Origin: Eubacteriales bacterium
GTDB lineage: Bacteria; Bacillota; Clostridia; Oscillospirales; QAKW01
NCBI GenBank assembly: GCA_045541535.1
Contig: JAZQJG010000011.1
Coordinates: forward strand, 11,713 to 75,712
DNA: 64,000 nt
Reading direction: 5' to 3'
The notes under the pieces were generated by a model, which worked only from the letters and a program-made list of their open reading frames with translations, had not been told where the DNA came from and did no database searches. Positions within the stretch are counted from its first letter, which is position 1, and every line of letters begins with the position of its first letter. Both the position numbers and the translations under genes were made by a program. Below are positions 26,366 through 35,719 of this stretch, one piece after another.

Positions 26366-26403
26366 CACCGATTCCAATTGCGACCCTTGGTCGGGAATCG
26401 GTG
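26366..26403. other. strong two-tier hairpin / inverted repeat
   Basis: CACCGATTCC ... GGAATCGGTG (10-bp perfect) enclosing CGACC-CTT-GGTCG, followed on the + strand by ACGTATTTTCTTTG. Confidence 0.4.
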
Positions 26404-26764
26404 ACGTATTTTCTTTGAAACAGCGTTCTTTTTGTACAAAAATGATGGATGACAACGATAGTTTATCCTTGGGGTGAGGGATTATTCATTTTTTCACCGA
26501 TTTTTATATAAATTGCTGAAACCGTTGATGCTGTCAACCTGCAATTGATGGTCCTGTAAAAGCAAAAGAAAGGACTTTTTGCTGATTTGCGGGCGCTTTA
26601 TGACAAAAAATAAATTCGGGAAAATAGACAATATTTCCTATGTGATTTTATGCAATTTACACAATTTCAAAAATACACTTGCAGTATATATTATATTATG
26701 TTATACTTACAGTAGTATTTTATGAATTCCTGTTTGGTAGGCGTAACTTTTAGGAGGTATGTTT

Positions 26765-28642
26765 ATGAAGCGCAAAAGTTTTGTCGCTGCGGTTCTGTTG
26801 CTTGCAATGGTGATCGTACTGGCCGGTTGTAACTATGTCAGCCGTCCCGTCGGTGCCGGTAACAACGCTCAGGATAGCAGTAGCATGCTGGATGTTTTGA
26901 TGGAGCAACCCACCAAAACCATTACCGAGCAAACGATTCTCATCGAGGAGCAGAAGCCCGCAGAGCCGAAGCCTGAGGAACCGACTCCCGAAGCACCTGA
27001 AGAGCCCGAGGAGCCCCAGGAGGAAACTCCCACTTCTCCCTTCCAGGTAACTGAGGACGTCTTCACTAAGATTGAGGAACTGCTGCAGCAGGTGGCCTCC
27101 AATATGGTTGACTCCACTTCCGCTACCGGTGTTTCCGACGAATTGATGAAGGGACGTACCGTTTACGTGTACACTCCCTATGATATCTCCGGTAAAGACG
27201 ATACGATGATGAAGGCTGTGGCCAGCGATCTGAATATGACCGTTGTTGTTAACAAGCTGGATCTGGACGGCGCTCTGTATTCCGCTCAGGTTCGTAAGGC
27301 CGCCCTTTCCGATACCGAGGCCGACATTATGTTCGTTGATCAGAACATCTGGGGTGACATTCAGTATTACACCCAGCCGCTGACCAGCTTTGTAAACTTC
27401 GAGTTGGGCGATAAGCTCGGTACCTTCTACGGTGCAATGAGCGCTAACTACTCCATCTCCGATGCTTACTTTGCTTCCGAGCAGCAGTCCTGTGATTACT
27501 ACGTAGCCGCCGGTATCGGCGCTCCCTATGTGCTGGCTTACAACAAGGACAATCTGGTCACCACCGGTAAGCTGGCCGCTCAGGAAGATACCGTTAATGC
27601 AATGTCCTACAAGGAGGTTGCTCTGGCGGATCCCGTCAAGATGTACACTGACGGCACTTGGGGTCTGAAGGCAATGCAGCAGATGCTGATCAACTCCACC
27701 CTTGACAAGCAGGTCGGTCTTGCTACCGTTCAGAACGTAAAGGCCAACACCGGTTGGTGGTTCGGCTGTGACAACGTTGCCGGCTTCAAGCTCAATATGT
27801 ACAGCAAGGCAGCCACCCTTTCCAACGTTGACGATTATTACAGTGTCGCCGGTCTTTCCCGTCACACGCTGGATACCATCCAGGAGCTCTACTGGACCAA
27901 TACCGGTAAGAACGATCTGAACGTTGCCGCCTTCGTTGCTGAAAACGAAAAAGATAAAGCCATTACCAAACTTTTTAATACATACATCGGTGCAGATCAG
28001 GCTTCCCAGTATGCCATGCTCGGTGTTGAGGCTCACGATCTGGCCGCCATTGCCGCTCAGGCAGGCGATGCCAAGTGGGACTTCGTTGGATATCCCTACG
28101 GTACCATTGCAGAGAACATTATCCGTTCCACCGAGCCCGATGAAAAGGGCAATTACCTCTACTCCAACGGTGAGGACGTTGTAACCACCAGCACCGCCGG
28201 TTGGGCCAGCGGCTTTGCAGTGCTTGAGCGCTGTGCCAATCCCGCTATCGCCCTCCGCTTTGCAGAAGCCTACACCGTAGCCTGGCAGAAGGATTACGAG
28301 GGTGGCTTTATGGATCTGTTGACCGAAGAGCAACAGGCTCGTTATAAGGAAATGAAGACCAAGATGGGTGTTACCTTCTACACCTCCATGATGTCTCACG
28401 TTTCCGAGTCTGCTCTGGCATTCCCCGGTGCTTCTTCCAAGGTCAGCTCCGCTGCCTTGAGCGGCACGGCAGAGTTTGCCGCCGCCCGTGAGCTGTTCAC
28501 TCAGCCCATCTACAACAAGAACGTTGTTGCAGGCGCTTACGATCCTGTAAGCTCTCCCAAGTGGAGCTCTTTCTTCACCACCACCCGTGCTGACGGTATG
28601 GCCGGTGCTTATGAATTGGCCCGCGTAATGTTCAATTACTAA
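26765..28642 (+). CDS. lipoprotein, extracellular solute-binding-protein-like, with Pro/Glu-rich linker
   Basis: Lipobox LAGC after a hydrophobic signal; EEQKPAEPKPEEPTPEAPEEPEEPQEE linker; SBP family-1-like patterns (ADIMFVDQNIWGD, APYVLAYNKDNL). ATG at 26765 lies 7 nt after AGGAGG. Confidence 0.6.
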   Translation: MKRKSFVAAVLLLAMVIVLAGCNYVSRPVGAGNNAQDSSSMLDVLMEQPTKTITEQTILIEEQKPAEPKPEEPTPEAPEEPEEPQEETPTSPFQVTEDVFTKIEELLQQVASNMVDSTSATGVSDELMKGRTVYVYTPYDISGKDDTMMKAVASDLNMTVVVNKLDLDGALYSAQVRKAALSDTEADIMFVDQNIWGDIQYYTQPLTSFVNFELGDKLGTFYGAMSANYSISDAYFASEQQSCDYYVAAGIGAPYVLAYNKDNLVTTGKLAAQEDTVNAMSYKEVALADPVKMYTDGTWGLKAMQQMLINSTLDKQVGLATVQNVKANTGWWFGCDNVAGFKLNMYSKAATLSNVDDYYSVAGLSRHTLDTIQELYWTNTGKNDLNVAAFVAENEKDKAITKLFNTYIGADQASQYAMLGVEAHDLAAIAAQAGDAKWDFVGYPYGTIAENIIRSTEPDEKGNYLYSNGEDVVTTSTAGWASGFAVLERCANPAIALRFAEAYTVAWQKDYEGGFMDLLTEEQQARYKEMKTKMGVTFYTSMMSHVSESALAFPGASSKVSSAALSGTAEFAAARELFTQPIYNKNVVAGAYDPVSSPKWSSFFTTTRADGMAGAYELARVMFNY

Positions 28643-28652
28643 ACTGAATTTG

Positions 28653-28690
28653 AGGGTGCAACCGCACAGGCGGTTGCACCCTTTATATTA
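28653..28690 (+). terminator. intrinsic terminator after the lipoprotein gene
   Basis: 13-bp stem AGGGTGCAACCGC/GCGGTTGCACCCT, then a weak T-rich tail. Confidence 0.6.
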
Positions 28691-28734
28691 TATAAGGAAG
28701 AATAATGTCAAAATTTACAAAATGCAAATTCCCC

Positions 28735-28763
28735 TTGACAAATTTCTGCAAATAGACTATGAT
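28735..28763 (+). promoter_or_regulatory. sigma-A promoter of the metK leader
   Basis: TTGACA (28735-28740), 17 nt, TATGAT (28758-28763). Confidence 0.6.
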
Positions 28764-28782
28764 ATATAAAAATGAATAGTAA

Positions 28783-28913
28783 ATATCAAGAGTGACGGAG
28801 GGATCTGGCCCGATGAAGTCCGACAACCTGCCCGAAAGGTAAGGTGTCAAATCCAGCGGCGTGTGCCGGAAGATATGTTTTTTACGCTCCCGACATGCGC
28901 GGGAGCGTTTTTT
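28783..28913 (+). promoter_or_regulatory. SAM-I (S-box) riboswitch with expression-platform terminator
   Basis: ATATCAAGAG...GGAGGGAtCTGGCCCGATGAAGTCCGACAACC...GGTGTCAAATCCAGC...GAAGATAT core, then ACGCTCCCG/CGGGAGCGT plus T7 (28884-28913), upstream of metK. Confidence 0.85.
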
Positions 28914-28938
28914 TGTGAATAGAAAAGGAGAGATATAA

Positions 28939-30129
28939 ATGGCAAGAAAATGGTTTTTTACTTCCGAATCGGTGACCGAAGGTCATCCCGATAAAATTTG
29001 TGACATGATTTCCGACGGCGTGTTGGATGCACTGTTGGCTCAGGATCCCTATGCCCGTGTAGCTTGTGAAACCACGGTGACCACCGGCTTGATTCATCTG
29101 ATGGGGGAGATTTCTTCTACTGCGCAGGTGGATTTTGCTTCCATCGCCCGTGAAACAGTGCGCAAGATCGGTTACGATCGCGCAAAGTACGGCTTTGACT
29201 GTGATACTTGCGCTGTGATGGTTTCCATTGATAAACAGAGTGAGGATATTGCTTTGGGCGTTGATAAGGCCTTTGAGGCAAAGGAGGGTGATTCCGATGC
29301 GGCCGCTTCCATCGGCGCCGGCGATCAGGGTATGATGTTCGGTTTTGCCTGTGACGAAACGGAAAGTCTGATGCCCCTGCCCATTGATCTGGCTCACGCT
29401 CTTGCAAAACGGCTCACTGCCGTGCGCAAAGAGGGACTTTTGCCCTATCTTCGTCCCGATGGTAAAACCCAGGTGACGGTGGAATATGAGGATGATCAGG
29501 CAAAGCGGATTGAGGCTGTCGTCGTTTCCTCTCAGCACGATGCGGCTGTTTCTTTAGAGCAGATTCGCAAGGACGTCGTGGAGCAGGTGATTCGTGCCGT
29601 GATTCCCGCCAATCTGTTGGATGATAACACAAAGATCTACGTTAACCCCACCGGTAGATTTGTCGTGGGTGGCCCGCAGGGCGATAGCGGTCTGACCGGT
29701 AGAAAAATCATCGTGGATACCTACGGCGGTTATGGTCGTCACGGCGGTGGCGCTTTCAGCGGAAAGGATCCCACCAAGGTGGATCGCAGTGCCGCCTACG
29801 CCGCCCGTTATGTGGCAAAGAACATCGTTAAGGCGGGGCTCGCAAAGAAATGTGAGATTGAGCTTTCCTACGCCATCGGCGTGGCTACACCGCTCAGCGT
29901 TCTGGCTGACACCTTCGGTACCGCCACCGTTTCTCAAGACGTAATTGATCGTGTGATTGCCAAATTCTTTGATCTGCGTCCCCAGGCAATTATTGAAAAG
30001 TTTGATTTGCGCCGCCCTATTTATCAACAAGTGGCCGCCTATGGTCATATGGGGCGTGAGGATCTGGATATGCCTTGGGAGCGTACCGATCTGGCGGATG
30101 AAATTGCCGCATTTGTTAAAACTCTGTAA
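28939..30129 (+). CDS. metK: S-adenosylmethionine synthetase
   Basis: [28 protein letters not shown] and GGGAFSGKD motifs. Confidence 0.98.
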   Translation: MARKWFFTSESVTEGHPDKICDMISDGVLDALLAQDPYARVACETTVTTGLIHLMGEISSTAQVDFASIARETVRKIGYDRAKYGFDCDTCAVMVSIDKQSEDIALGVDKAFEAKEGDSDAAASIGAGDQGMMFGFACDETESLMPLPIDLAHALAKRLTAVRKEGLLPYLRPDGKTQVTVEYEDDQAKRIEAVVVSSQHDAAVSLEQIRKDVVEQVIRAVIPANLLDDNTKIYVNPTGRFVVGGPQGDSGLTGRKIIVDTYGGYGRHGGGAFSGKDPTKVDRSAAYAARYVAKNIVKAGLAKKCEIELSYAIGVATPLSVLADTFGTATVSQDVIDRVIAKFFDLRPQAIIEKFDLRRPIYQQVAAYGHMGREDLDMPWERTDLADEIAAFVKTL

Positions 30130-30140
30130 TCTGCACAAAA

Positions 30141-30173
30141 TCACCTCTGGTACATATACTGTATCAGAGGTGA
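30141..30173 (+). terminator. composite hairpin: metK terminator, loop -10 box, and SD of the downstream small gene
   Basis: 14-bp stem (TCACCTCTGGTACA / TGTATCAGAGGTGA). The loop region contains TATACT (30155-30160), with TGCACA 17 nt upstream. The 3' arm is AGAGGTGA, 6 nt before the ATG at 30180. Confidence 0.6.
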
Positions 30174-30179
30174 TTTATT

Positions 30180-30506
30180 ATGTTATGGACGATCTTTTTG
30201 GTGGTCATTTCCTTCTTTGCCATCATTGGTCTGATGGAATTTATTATGTGTATTCTGGAAACGGTGGCAATGCGGGCGACCGATTCATTGGAGGATGTGA
30301 GCATTACGGTGGATCTGCGGGGGAGGGAAGAGCATATTGAATTTTTGCTCAATTCACTGAGCGTTATGGCCGAGCGCATAGCGTTCAAAAACCTGACCAC
30401 TCGTATTGTAATTCGGGATAGAGGGATCGACGAGGATACATATCGCCGCATTTGTAGCTATGCGGAGGAAAATCCTGTGATTTCTCTCATTGAAAAAGAC
30501 GAATAA
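30180..30506 (+). CDS. hypothetical small membrane-anchored protein (108 aa)
   Basis: One N-terminal TM helix (LWTIFLVVISFFAIIGLMEFIMCIL) followed by a roughly 80-aa soluble domain. I recognise no family. Confidence 0.5.
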   Translation: MLWTIFLVVISFFAIIGLMEFIMCILETVAMRATDSLEDVSITVDLRGREEHIEFLLNSLSVMAERIAFKNLTTRIVIRDRGIDEDTYRRICSYAEENPVISLIEKDE

Positions 30507-30532
30507 GTATGATAAAATAATTGTATATATCA

Positions 30533-30565
30533 AAATAATAGTAAAGCCGGGCTTTGCTATTATTT
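30533..30565 (+). terminator. AU-rich hairpin, possible terminator of the small gene
   Basis: About 15-bp stem AAATAATAGTAAAGC/GCTTTGCTATTATTT (one G-U pair), immediately before the recD2 SD. Confidence 0.4.
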
Positions 30566-30582
30566 AAAAGGAGGGACAAACT

Positions 30583-32772
30583 GTGCTGATCGGAGAAGAC
30601 GAAATTGAGGGCGTTGTGGACGACGTCGTTTTTGCCAATGACGAAACAGGCTATTACGTTTTCAGTGTAGACGCCGGTGAGCTGATTACCGTGGTGGGTA
30701 ACGTTCCCGGTATATACGCCGGCGAGGGGATCCACGCCTACGGTAAATGGGTCAATCACCCCACCTATGGCAAGCAGTTTGTCTGTGAAGATATTGAAAA
30801 AAGCTTTCCTATGGAGCAAACCCACATTCTGAAGTTTTTGTCTTCCGGGGCTATCCGTGGGGTCGGTAAGGCTACGGCGGAAAAGCTGGTGGCCCAGTTT
30901 GGGGCCGACACTCTGGACGTGATGGAAAACGACCCTATGAAAATGACCTGTATCCGTGGGATCACCACCGACCGAGCATTGGATATCAGCGAGCAGTTCC
31001 GATTGACGGTAGGAATGCGGGATATTTTGATGTATCTTACCGAATATAATATTTCTCCCACCCTTGCCATTAAGGTGTACAAGGAATACGGCGGTCTGGC
31101 GCCCCGTGTATTGGAGGCGGATCCCTACCGTTTATGGGATGATATTGAAGGCTTCAGCTTTGAAAAGGCGGACGAAATCGCTACCAAACTGTGCCTGGAT
31201 CCCTTGGGGGATGAACGGGTGTTTGCCCATATTCGTTATATTTTGCGACATAATCTGGCCAATGGACATACCTTTTTGCCCCAGCCCACCCTTTGCCGCC
31301 TGGCAATGCAATTGCTGGATACTGATGAGGATACCGTTCTCATTGCGTTGGAAACAATGTGTGAACGACAAATGCTGAAGATCAAGCGGGTGCGGGATCT
31401 GGAGGCAGTGTATCTGGCCTCTTACTATAATAGTGAAGCCTACATTGCCGGTCGGATCAAGATGATGACAGAGATGAAAAGCGTCAACGTCAAGGATATT
31501 GACCGTCAGATCGATCGGATGGAAAAGGCTTTTAAGATTCGCTATGCAGAGATGCAGCGTGCCGCCATTGCCGGCGCCATTGAGCAAAACGTAATGATCC
31601 TTACCGGCGGGCCCGGTACCGGTAAAACCACCACCCTTCGCGGTATGATCCATCTGTTAAAACAACTCAATTACAAGTTCACTCTGTGCGCCCCCACCGG
31701 TCGGGCGGCCAATCGGATGAGCGAGCTTTGCGATCACAGCGCCCAGACCATTCACCGACTGTTGGAGGTGGAGGCCGGCCATCGAGACGTGTTTGTTAAA
31801 AACGAGCAAAATCCCATTGCCACCGACGTGTTAGTGGTGGATGAAATGTCTATGGTGGACGTTAAATTGTTTGAGGCGTTGCTTCGGGCGTTGCGCCCCG
31901 GTACCAAACTGATTTTGGTGGGGGATGCCGATCAGTTGCCCAGTGTCGGCGCCGGCAACGTATTTCGCGATTTGTTGCGCAGTGAGCGGATTTTTACCGT
32001 TGCGCTCACCGAAATTTTTCGCCAATCCTCCTGCAGTCGGATCGTTGTCAATGCCCATAAAATCAACCACGGAGAATATCCTCATTTGGAGAACACTGAT
32101 GATTTCTTTTTCGTTGCTAAAAAGACCAACGAGGGTATCGCCGATGCGGTGGTAAAATTGATTTGTGAACGTATTCCCAAGGTGTACGGCCGCAACGTTT
32201 TCAACGGCATTCAGGTTATTTCTCCCACCAAAAAAACGGCCGCAGGCACCGTGTTTCTCAACGAAATGATTCGCACCCGTCTGGGACTTGCCGATGCAAA
32301 CGGCGTCACCTGCGCCCAGGGCGGCAGACAGTTTTGTGTGGGCGATAAGGTGATGCAGACCCGCAACAATTATGATATCGTCTACCGTAGACCTGATGGC
32401 AGTGAGGAAGCCGGTATCTTTAACGGCGATATCGGTGTGATTGAAAAGATCATTCCCAAGGATAAATTGCTTCACATTCGTTTTGAGGATCGTCTGGCGG
32501 AATATCCTTATGAAAATCTGGAAGAACTGGACTATGCTTATGCCATCACTGCGCATAAGAGTCAGGGCAGTGAGTTTGAGATCGTGGTGCTTTCTCTTCC
32601 CGACGCCGTTCCGTTGTTGCAATATCGCAATCTTTTGTACACCGCCGTCACCCGTGCCAAGCGTATTCTGCTCATTGTCGGAAGCGAAGTTGTGGTACAA
32701 CGAATGGTGGATAATAACAAACAAACTAACCGTTTTTCCGGCTTGCGTTATTTTCTGGAGGAAGATAGATGA
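30583..32772 (+). CDS. recD2: RecD2-type SF1B ATP-dependent DNA helicase
   Basis: Walker A LTGGPGTGKTT, DEMSMVD, LVGDADQLPSVGAG, C-terminal AITAHKSQGSEF...LLYTAVTRAK; GTG start after AAAGGAGGG. Confidence 0.9.
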   Translation: MLIGEDEIEGVVDDVVFANDETGYYVFSVDAGELITVVGNVPGIYAGEGIHAYGKWVNHPTYGKQFVCEDIEKSFPMEQTHILKFLSSGAIRGVGKATAEKLVAQFGADTLDVMENDPMKMTCIRGITTDRALDISEQFRLTVGMRDILMYLTEYNISPTLAIKVYKEYGGLAPRVLEADPYRLWDDIEGFSFEKADEIATKLCLDPLGDERVFAHIRYILRHNLANGHTFLPQPTLCRLAMQLLDTDEDTVLIALETMCERQMLKIKRVRDLEAVYLASYYNSEAYIAGRIKMMTEMKSVNVKDIDRQIDRMEKAFKIRYAEMQRAAIAGAIEQNVMILTGGPGTGKTTTLRGMIHLLKQLNYKFTLCAPTGRAANRMSELCDHSAQTIHRLLEVEAGHRDVFVKNEQNPIATDVLVVDEMSMVDVKLFEALLRALRPGTKLILVGDADQLPSVGAGNVFRDLLRSERIFTVALTEIFRQSSCSRIVVNAHKINHGEYPHLENTDDFFFVAKKTNEGIADAVVKLICERIPKVYGRNVFNGIQVISPTKKTAAGTVFLNEMIRTRLGLADANGVTCAQGGRQFCVGDKVMQTRNNYDIVYRRPDGSEEAGIFNGDIGVIEKIIPKDKLLHIRFEDRLAEYPYENLEELDYAYAITAHKSQGSEFEIVVLSLPDAVPLLQYRNLLYTAVTRAKRILLIVGSEVVVQRMVDNNKQTNRFSGLRYFLEEDR

Positions 32773-33461
32773 CCTCGTCACTGTTATATCCCGGGCGTTG
32801 CATTTTGTGTGGGGATGTGATCACCGAGGAAAAGCTGATCTGTGCCAAATGCGTTAAGGAAGGTCTGCCCATTTTGGGAAAGATCTGCGCCTATTGCGGC
32901 GTGGGGACCAACTATTGCACCTGCGGTCAACGACGTCACCATTATGCCCGTCGTATCGCCTGCGTTTATTATGAGAACGGCGCCCGCAGAGGTATTTCCA
33001 GATTCAAGTTTTATCGTCATACCTCGTTGGGTGTGTATTACGGACAATTATTGGCCGAGAATATCCGCAGTAAATATCAAACCGTTTCCTTTGATGCGGT
33101 GATACCGGTGCCGATGCATTGGTGGGACCGATGGAGAAGGGGATACAACTGCGCCGAATTGTTGGCACAAGAGGTGTCTGAACGATTGGCGATTCCGCTG
33201 GAGCGGGATCAGCTCTTCCGTCGCAAACGCAGTAAGGCGCAAAAACGGGTCAAGGGTGGTCCGGCAAAGCGCGCGGCCAACGTTTTGGATTGCTTTGCCC
33301 TGCGGGACCGACAGGCCTTGCGGAATAAGACGGTGTTGCTGATTGACGACGTGTGCACCACCGGTGCCACGCTGGACGAATGCGCCAAAATGCTACGGAT
33401 TTACGGCGCTAAAAAGGTATATGCCGCCACCTTTGCCGCCGCCATTCGGGGCAAACTGTAA
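32769..33461 (+). CDS. comFC: ComF family protein (ComFC-like phosphoribosyltransferase-fold)
   Basis: N-terminal Cys-rich zinc ribbon and the PRT loop VLLIDDVCTTGATL; ATGA overlap with recD2. Confidence 0.85.
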   Translation: MTSSLLYPGRCILCGDVITEEKLICAKCVKEGLPILGKICAYCGVGTNYCTCGQRRHHYARRIACVYYENGARRGISRFKFYRHTSLGVYYGQLLAENIRSKYQTVSFDAVIPVPMHWWDRWRRGYNCAELLAQEVSERLAIPLERDQLFRRKRSKAQKRVKGGPAKRAANVLDCFALRDRQALRNKTVLLIDDVCTTGATLDECAKMLRIYGAKKVYAATFAAAIRGKL

Positions 33462-33547
33462 AAAACTCTTGAATAATGGGGCGGAGTAGGATATAATAAA
33501 AAGGATAAGACAAAATTTTACTTTCAGATAGATGGAGGAAGTTATAA

Positions 33548-34579
33548 ATGTTAGGACAGGATATCGGTATCGATCTGGGTACCGCAACGATTATCGTGTA
33601 TATGCGCGGCAAGGGCATCGTGCTCAAGGAGCCTGCCGTTGTTGCCATTGACACTAATACTAAAAAAGTGCTTGCCGTCGGTGACGAGGCCAGAAAAATG
33701 GTTGGCAGAACGCCCGGTAACGTAATCGCCATCCGCCCTCTGCGGGACGGTGTTATTTCCGACTACGAAACTACGGAAAAAATGATCAAATACTTTTTGT
33801 TCAAGGTTTCCAAGAACTCTCTTTTCAAGCCACGCGTTATCATTTGCGTTCCTTCCGAGGTAACCGAGGTGGAGGAAATGGCGGTACTGGAGGCGGCCAA
33901 GCACGCCGGTGCCAAGTTTGTCAGCCTCATTGAGGAGCCCAAGGCGGCCGCCATCGGTGCGGGCATTGATATCAACGAGCCCAACGGAAACATCGTCGTT
34001 GATATCGGCGGCGGGACTTCCGATATTGCCGTGCTTTCTCTGGGCGACGTGGTGCTGTCTTCTTCCATTAAGATGGCAGGCGATAAGTTTGATGATTCCA
34101 TCATCCGCTTCATTAAGAAAAAATATAACATTCTGATCGGTGAGCGTACCGCCGAGGATATCAGGATCCAGATCGGCTCCGTGTTCACCAAGGAGCAAAA
34201 CGAAACTATGATCATCAAGGGCCGTTGCCTCAATACCGGCCTTCCCAAATCCATTGAGATTTGCAGTGACGAGATTCGCGAACCGTTGACCGAATGCGCC
34301 TTGGCCATCATCGACGTCTTGCACGATGTGTTGGAAAAAACGCCTCCGGAATTGGTGGGCGATATTTATCAAAACGGTATTTGTCTTACCGGTGGCGGCG
34401 CACTGCTCACCGGTCTTGATAAATTGATTGAGGACAAAACGGGAATTCGCACCTACGTGGCAGACGATGCCGTGCTCTGCGTTGCCATCGGTACCGGTAA
34501 ATCTCTGGCAAATCTGGACCAGTTGGAGATTATTGAGCGCCGTCGCAGAACCAACCGCCAAACGCCCCGCGCATTTTAA
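33548..34579 (+). CDS. mreB: rod shape-determining protein MreB/Mbl
   Basis: DIGIDLGTATIIVY..., actin-fold phosphate motifs, DIGGGTSDIAVLS. Confidence 0.95.
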   Translation: MLGQDIGIDLGTATIIVYMRGKGIVLKEPAVVAIDTNTKKVLAVGDEARKMVGRTPGNVIAIRPLRDGVISDYETTEKMIKYFLFKVSKNSLFKPRVIICVPSEVTEVEEMAVLEAAKHAGAKFVSLIEEPKAAAIGAGIDINEPNGNIVVDIGGGTSDIAVLSLGDVVLSSSIKMAGDKFDDSIIRFIKKKYNILIGERTAEDIRIQIGSVFTKEQNETMIIKGRCLNTGLPKSIEICSDEIREPLTECALAIIDVLHDVLEKTPPELVGDIYQNGICLTGGGALLTGLDKLIEDKTGIRTYVADDAVLCVAIGTGKSLANLDQLEIIERRRRTNRQTPRAF

Positions 34580-34582
34580 CCT

Positions 34583-34618
34583 AAAAAGAGTCATTACTAC
34601 CGTAATGACTCTTTTTTG
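34583..34618. terminator. bidirectional terminator between the convergent mreB and spoIIID
   Basis: AGAGTCATTAC/GTAATGACTCT stem flanked by A5 and T6. Confidence 0.8.
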
Positions 34619-34869
34619 CTACGCAATTGTCGGTATTTTTCTTTGGTAGCGATACCCCCGCGTATGTGTCTTTCGCTGAGATTATACTGTAACACCTGTG
34701 CTACTTTGTCGTATTTATCGGGATCGATCTTTTGCAATCTGCCCCGCATATCCTTATGTACCGTGGATTTGCTGATGCAAAACACTTTGGCGGCGTTGCG
34801 CACGGTGGCATTGTTTTCAATGATATAGTCGGCCAGCTCCAGCACCCGCGCCTCAATATGGTCCCTCAC
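34597..34869 (-). CDS. spoIIID: stage III sporulation protein D (HTH transcription regulator)
   Basis: ...IIENNATVRNAAKVFCISKSTVHKDM...RHIRGGIATKEKY matches the SpoIIID pattern. GTG at 34869 has GAGGTGA 5 nt upstream; the track's GTG at 34878 lies inside that SD. Confidence 0.9.
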   Translation of the reverse strand: MRDHIEARVLELADYIIENNATVRNAAKVFCISKSTVHKDMRGRLQKIDPDKYDKVAQVLQYNLSERHIRGGIATKEKYRQLRSKKESLR

Positions 34870-34909
34870 TGTTCTCACCTCTGCCCATGATATCTTTGGT
34901 ATCTAATAA

Positions 34910-34937
34910 ATTGTATGAGGCAGACCGGCATTTATGA
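34910..34937 (-). promoter_or_regulatory. sigma-E type promoter candidate for spoIIID
   Basis: Minus strand: TCATAAA, 13 nt, CATACAAT. The -10 matches the CATACAnT consensus exactly. Confidence 0.45.
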
Positions 34938-34948
34938 CAACATATAAT

Positions 34949-34982
34949 AAGTCCCTTGTGATCTTTTGATCACAAGGGACTT
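34949..34982 (-). terminator. hairpin terminator after the phosphatase gene
   Basis: 15-bp perfect stem AAGTCCCTTGTGATC/GATCACAAGGGACTT with a TTTT loop and a weak U-tail. Confidence 0.6.
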
Positions 34983-34987
34983 TGTCG

Positions 34988-35719
34988 CTATAATAAGTTT
35001 TTGGTTTTCAGGGGCAGAGATTTTGCGGTAAGAATGGCTTGTCCCAAGCGATTTCCCGCTGTTTTACAGATCCGACGTGCCGGCTCCGTATACAGTGGGG
35101 GACGGGTGCTCAGGTTGTGGCAATCGGTGCCGCAACAATCCACACTTCCATCCCTGATCAGCTTTGCAAGCTGCCATCTTTGCACCAGGGGTAATTTGTC
35201 CAGATGGCCCAGATTGATCTGTAATTTACACCCTTCCTCCAACAGCTCGTCCAGTTGTTTTTTCTTTAATCGCTTTAAATAACGGTCAATGTGCGCCAAC
35301 ACAGGGGTACAATTGTGATTATACATCATTGCATATACCCGTTGCAGTACCGAAGCAGACAGGCTGACGTTATAGGGGAATTCCACCAGGATCAGGTCAC
35401 TGTCAGGAATGCATAATCGGCGGATTTCCTCGGTGGAGTAATTGAGGATCGCTTCGTGAAGATACACCTCGGCGGCCACGATGATTTCCATATCTTTCGG
35501 CAGATCACTGCGGGAAAACAACTCATCGCAGGATTCTTTTCTCTGGGTGAGAAAGTCTTCCAACGTATGTGCCTGCGGGTAAAAGTGGGGCGTCAGAATT
35601 ACTCTCCGGACTCCTTGCCGATGTAATTGTCGTAACATTTCAGCGGATTCATCCACCGTTTCTGCACCGTCATCTATACCGGGGAGAATGTGTGTGTGAA
35701 AATCAGTTATAGCTTGCAT
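34988..35719 (-). CDS. PHP-family protein-tyrosine phosphatase (CpsB/YwqE-like)
   Basis: N-terminal DFHTHILPGIDDGA and the PHP-domain histidine pattern. Confidence 0.85.
   Translation of the reverse strand: MQAITDFHTHILPGIDDGAETVDESAEMLRQLHRQGVRRVILTPHFYPQAHTLEDFLTQRKESCDELFSRSDLPKDMEIIVAAEVYLHEAILNYSTEEIRRLCIPDSDLILVEFPYNVSLSASVLQRVYAMMYNHNCTPVLAHIDRYLKRLKKKQLDELLEEGCKLQINLGHLDKLPLVQRWQLAKLIRDGSVDCCGTDCHNLSTRPPLYTEPARRICKTAGNRLGQAILTAKSLPLKTKNLL

Noticed and set aside
26600-26725. 41-codon ATG ORF in the AT-rich spoIID / lipoprotein intergenic region.
   Set aside because: It has no SD, its composition is dictated by AT-rich promoter DNA, and it overlaps the likely lipoprotein promoter. It is probably a chance ORF.
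26750-28399. 549-aa minus-strand ORF antisense to the lipoprotein gene.
   Set aside because: The plus-strand frame has a textbook signal peptide and lipobox plus an SD. The antisense frame is Gly/Val/Leu-rich with no features.
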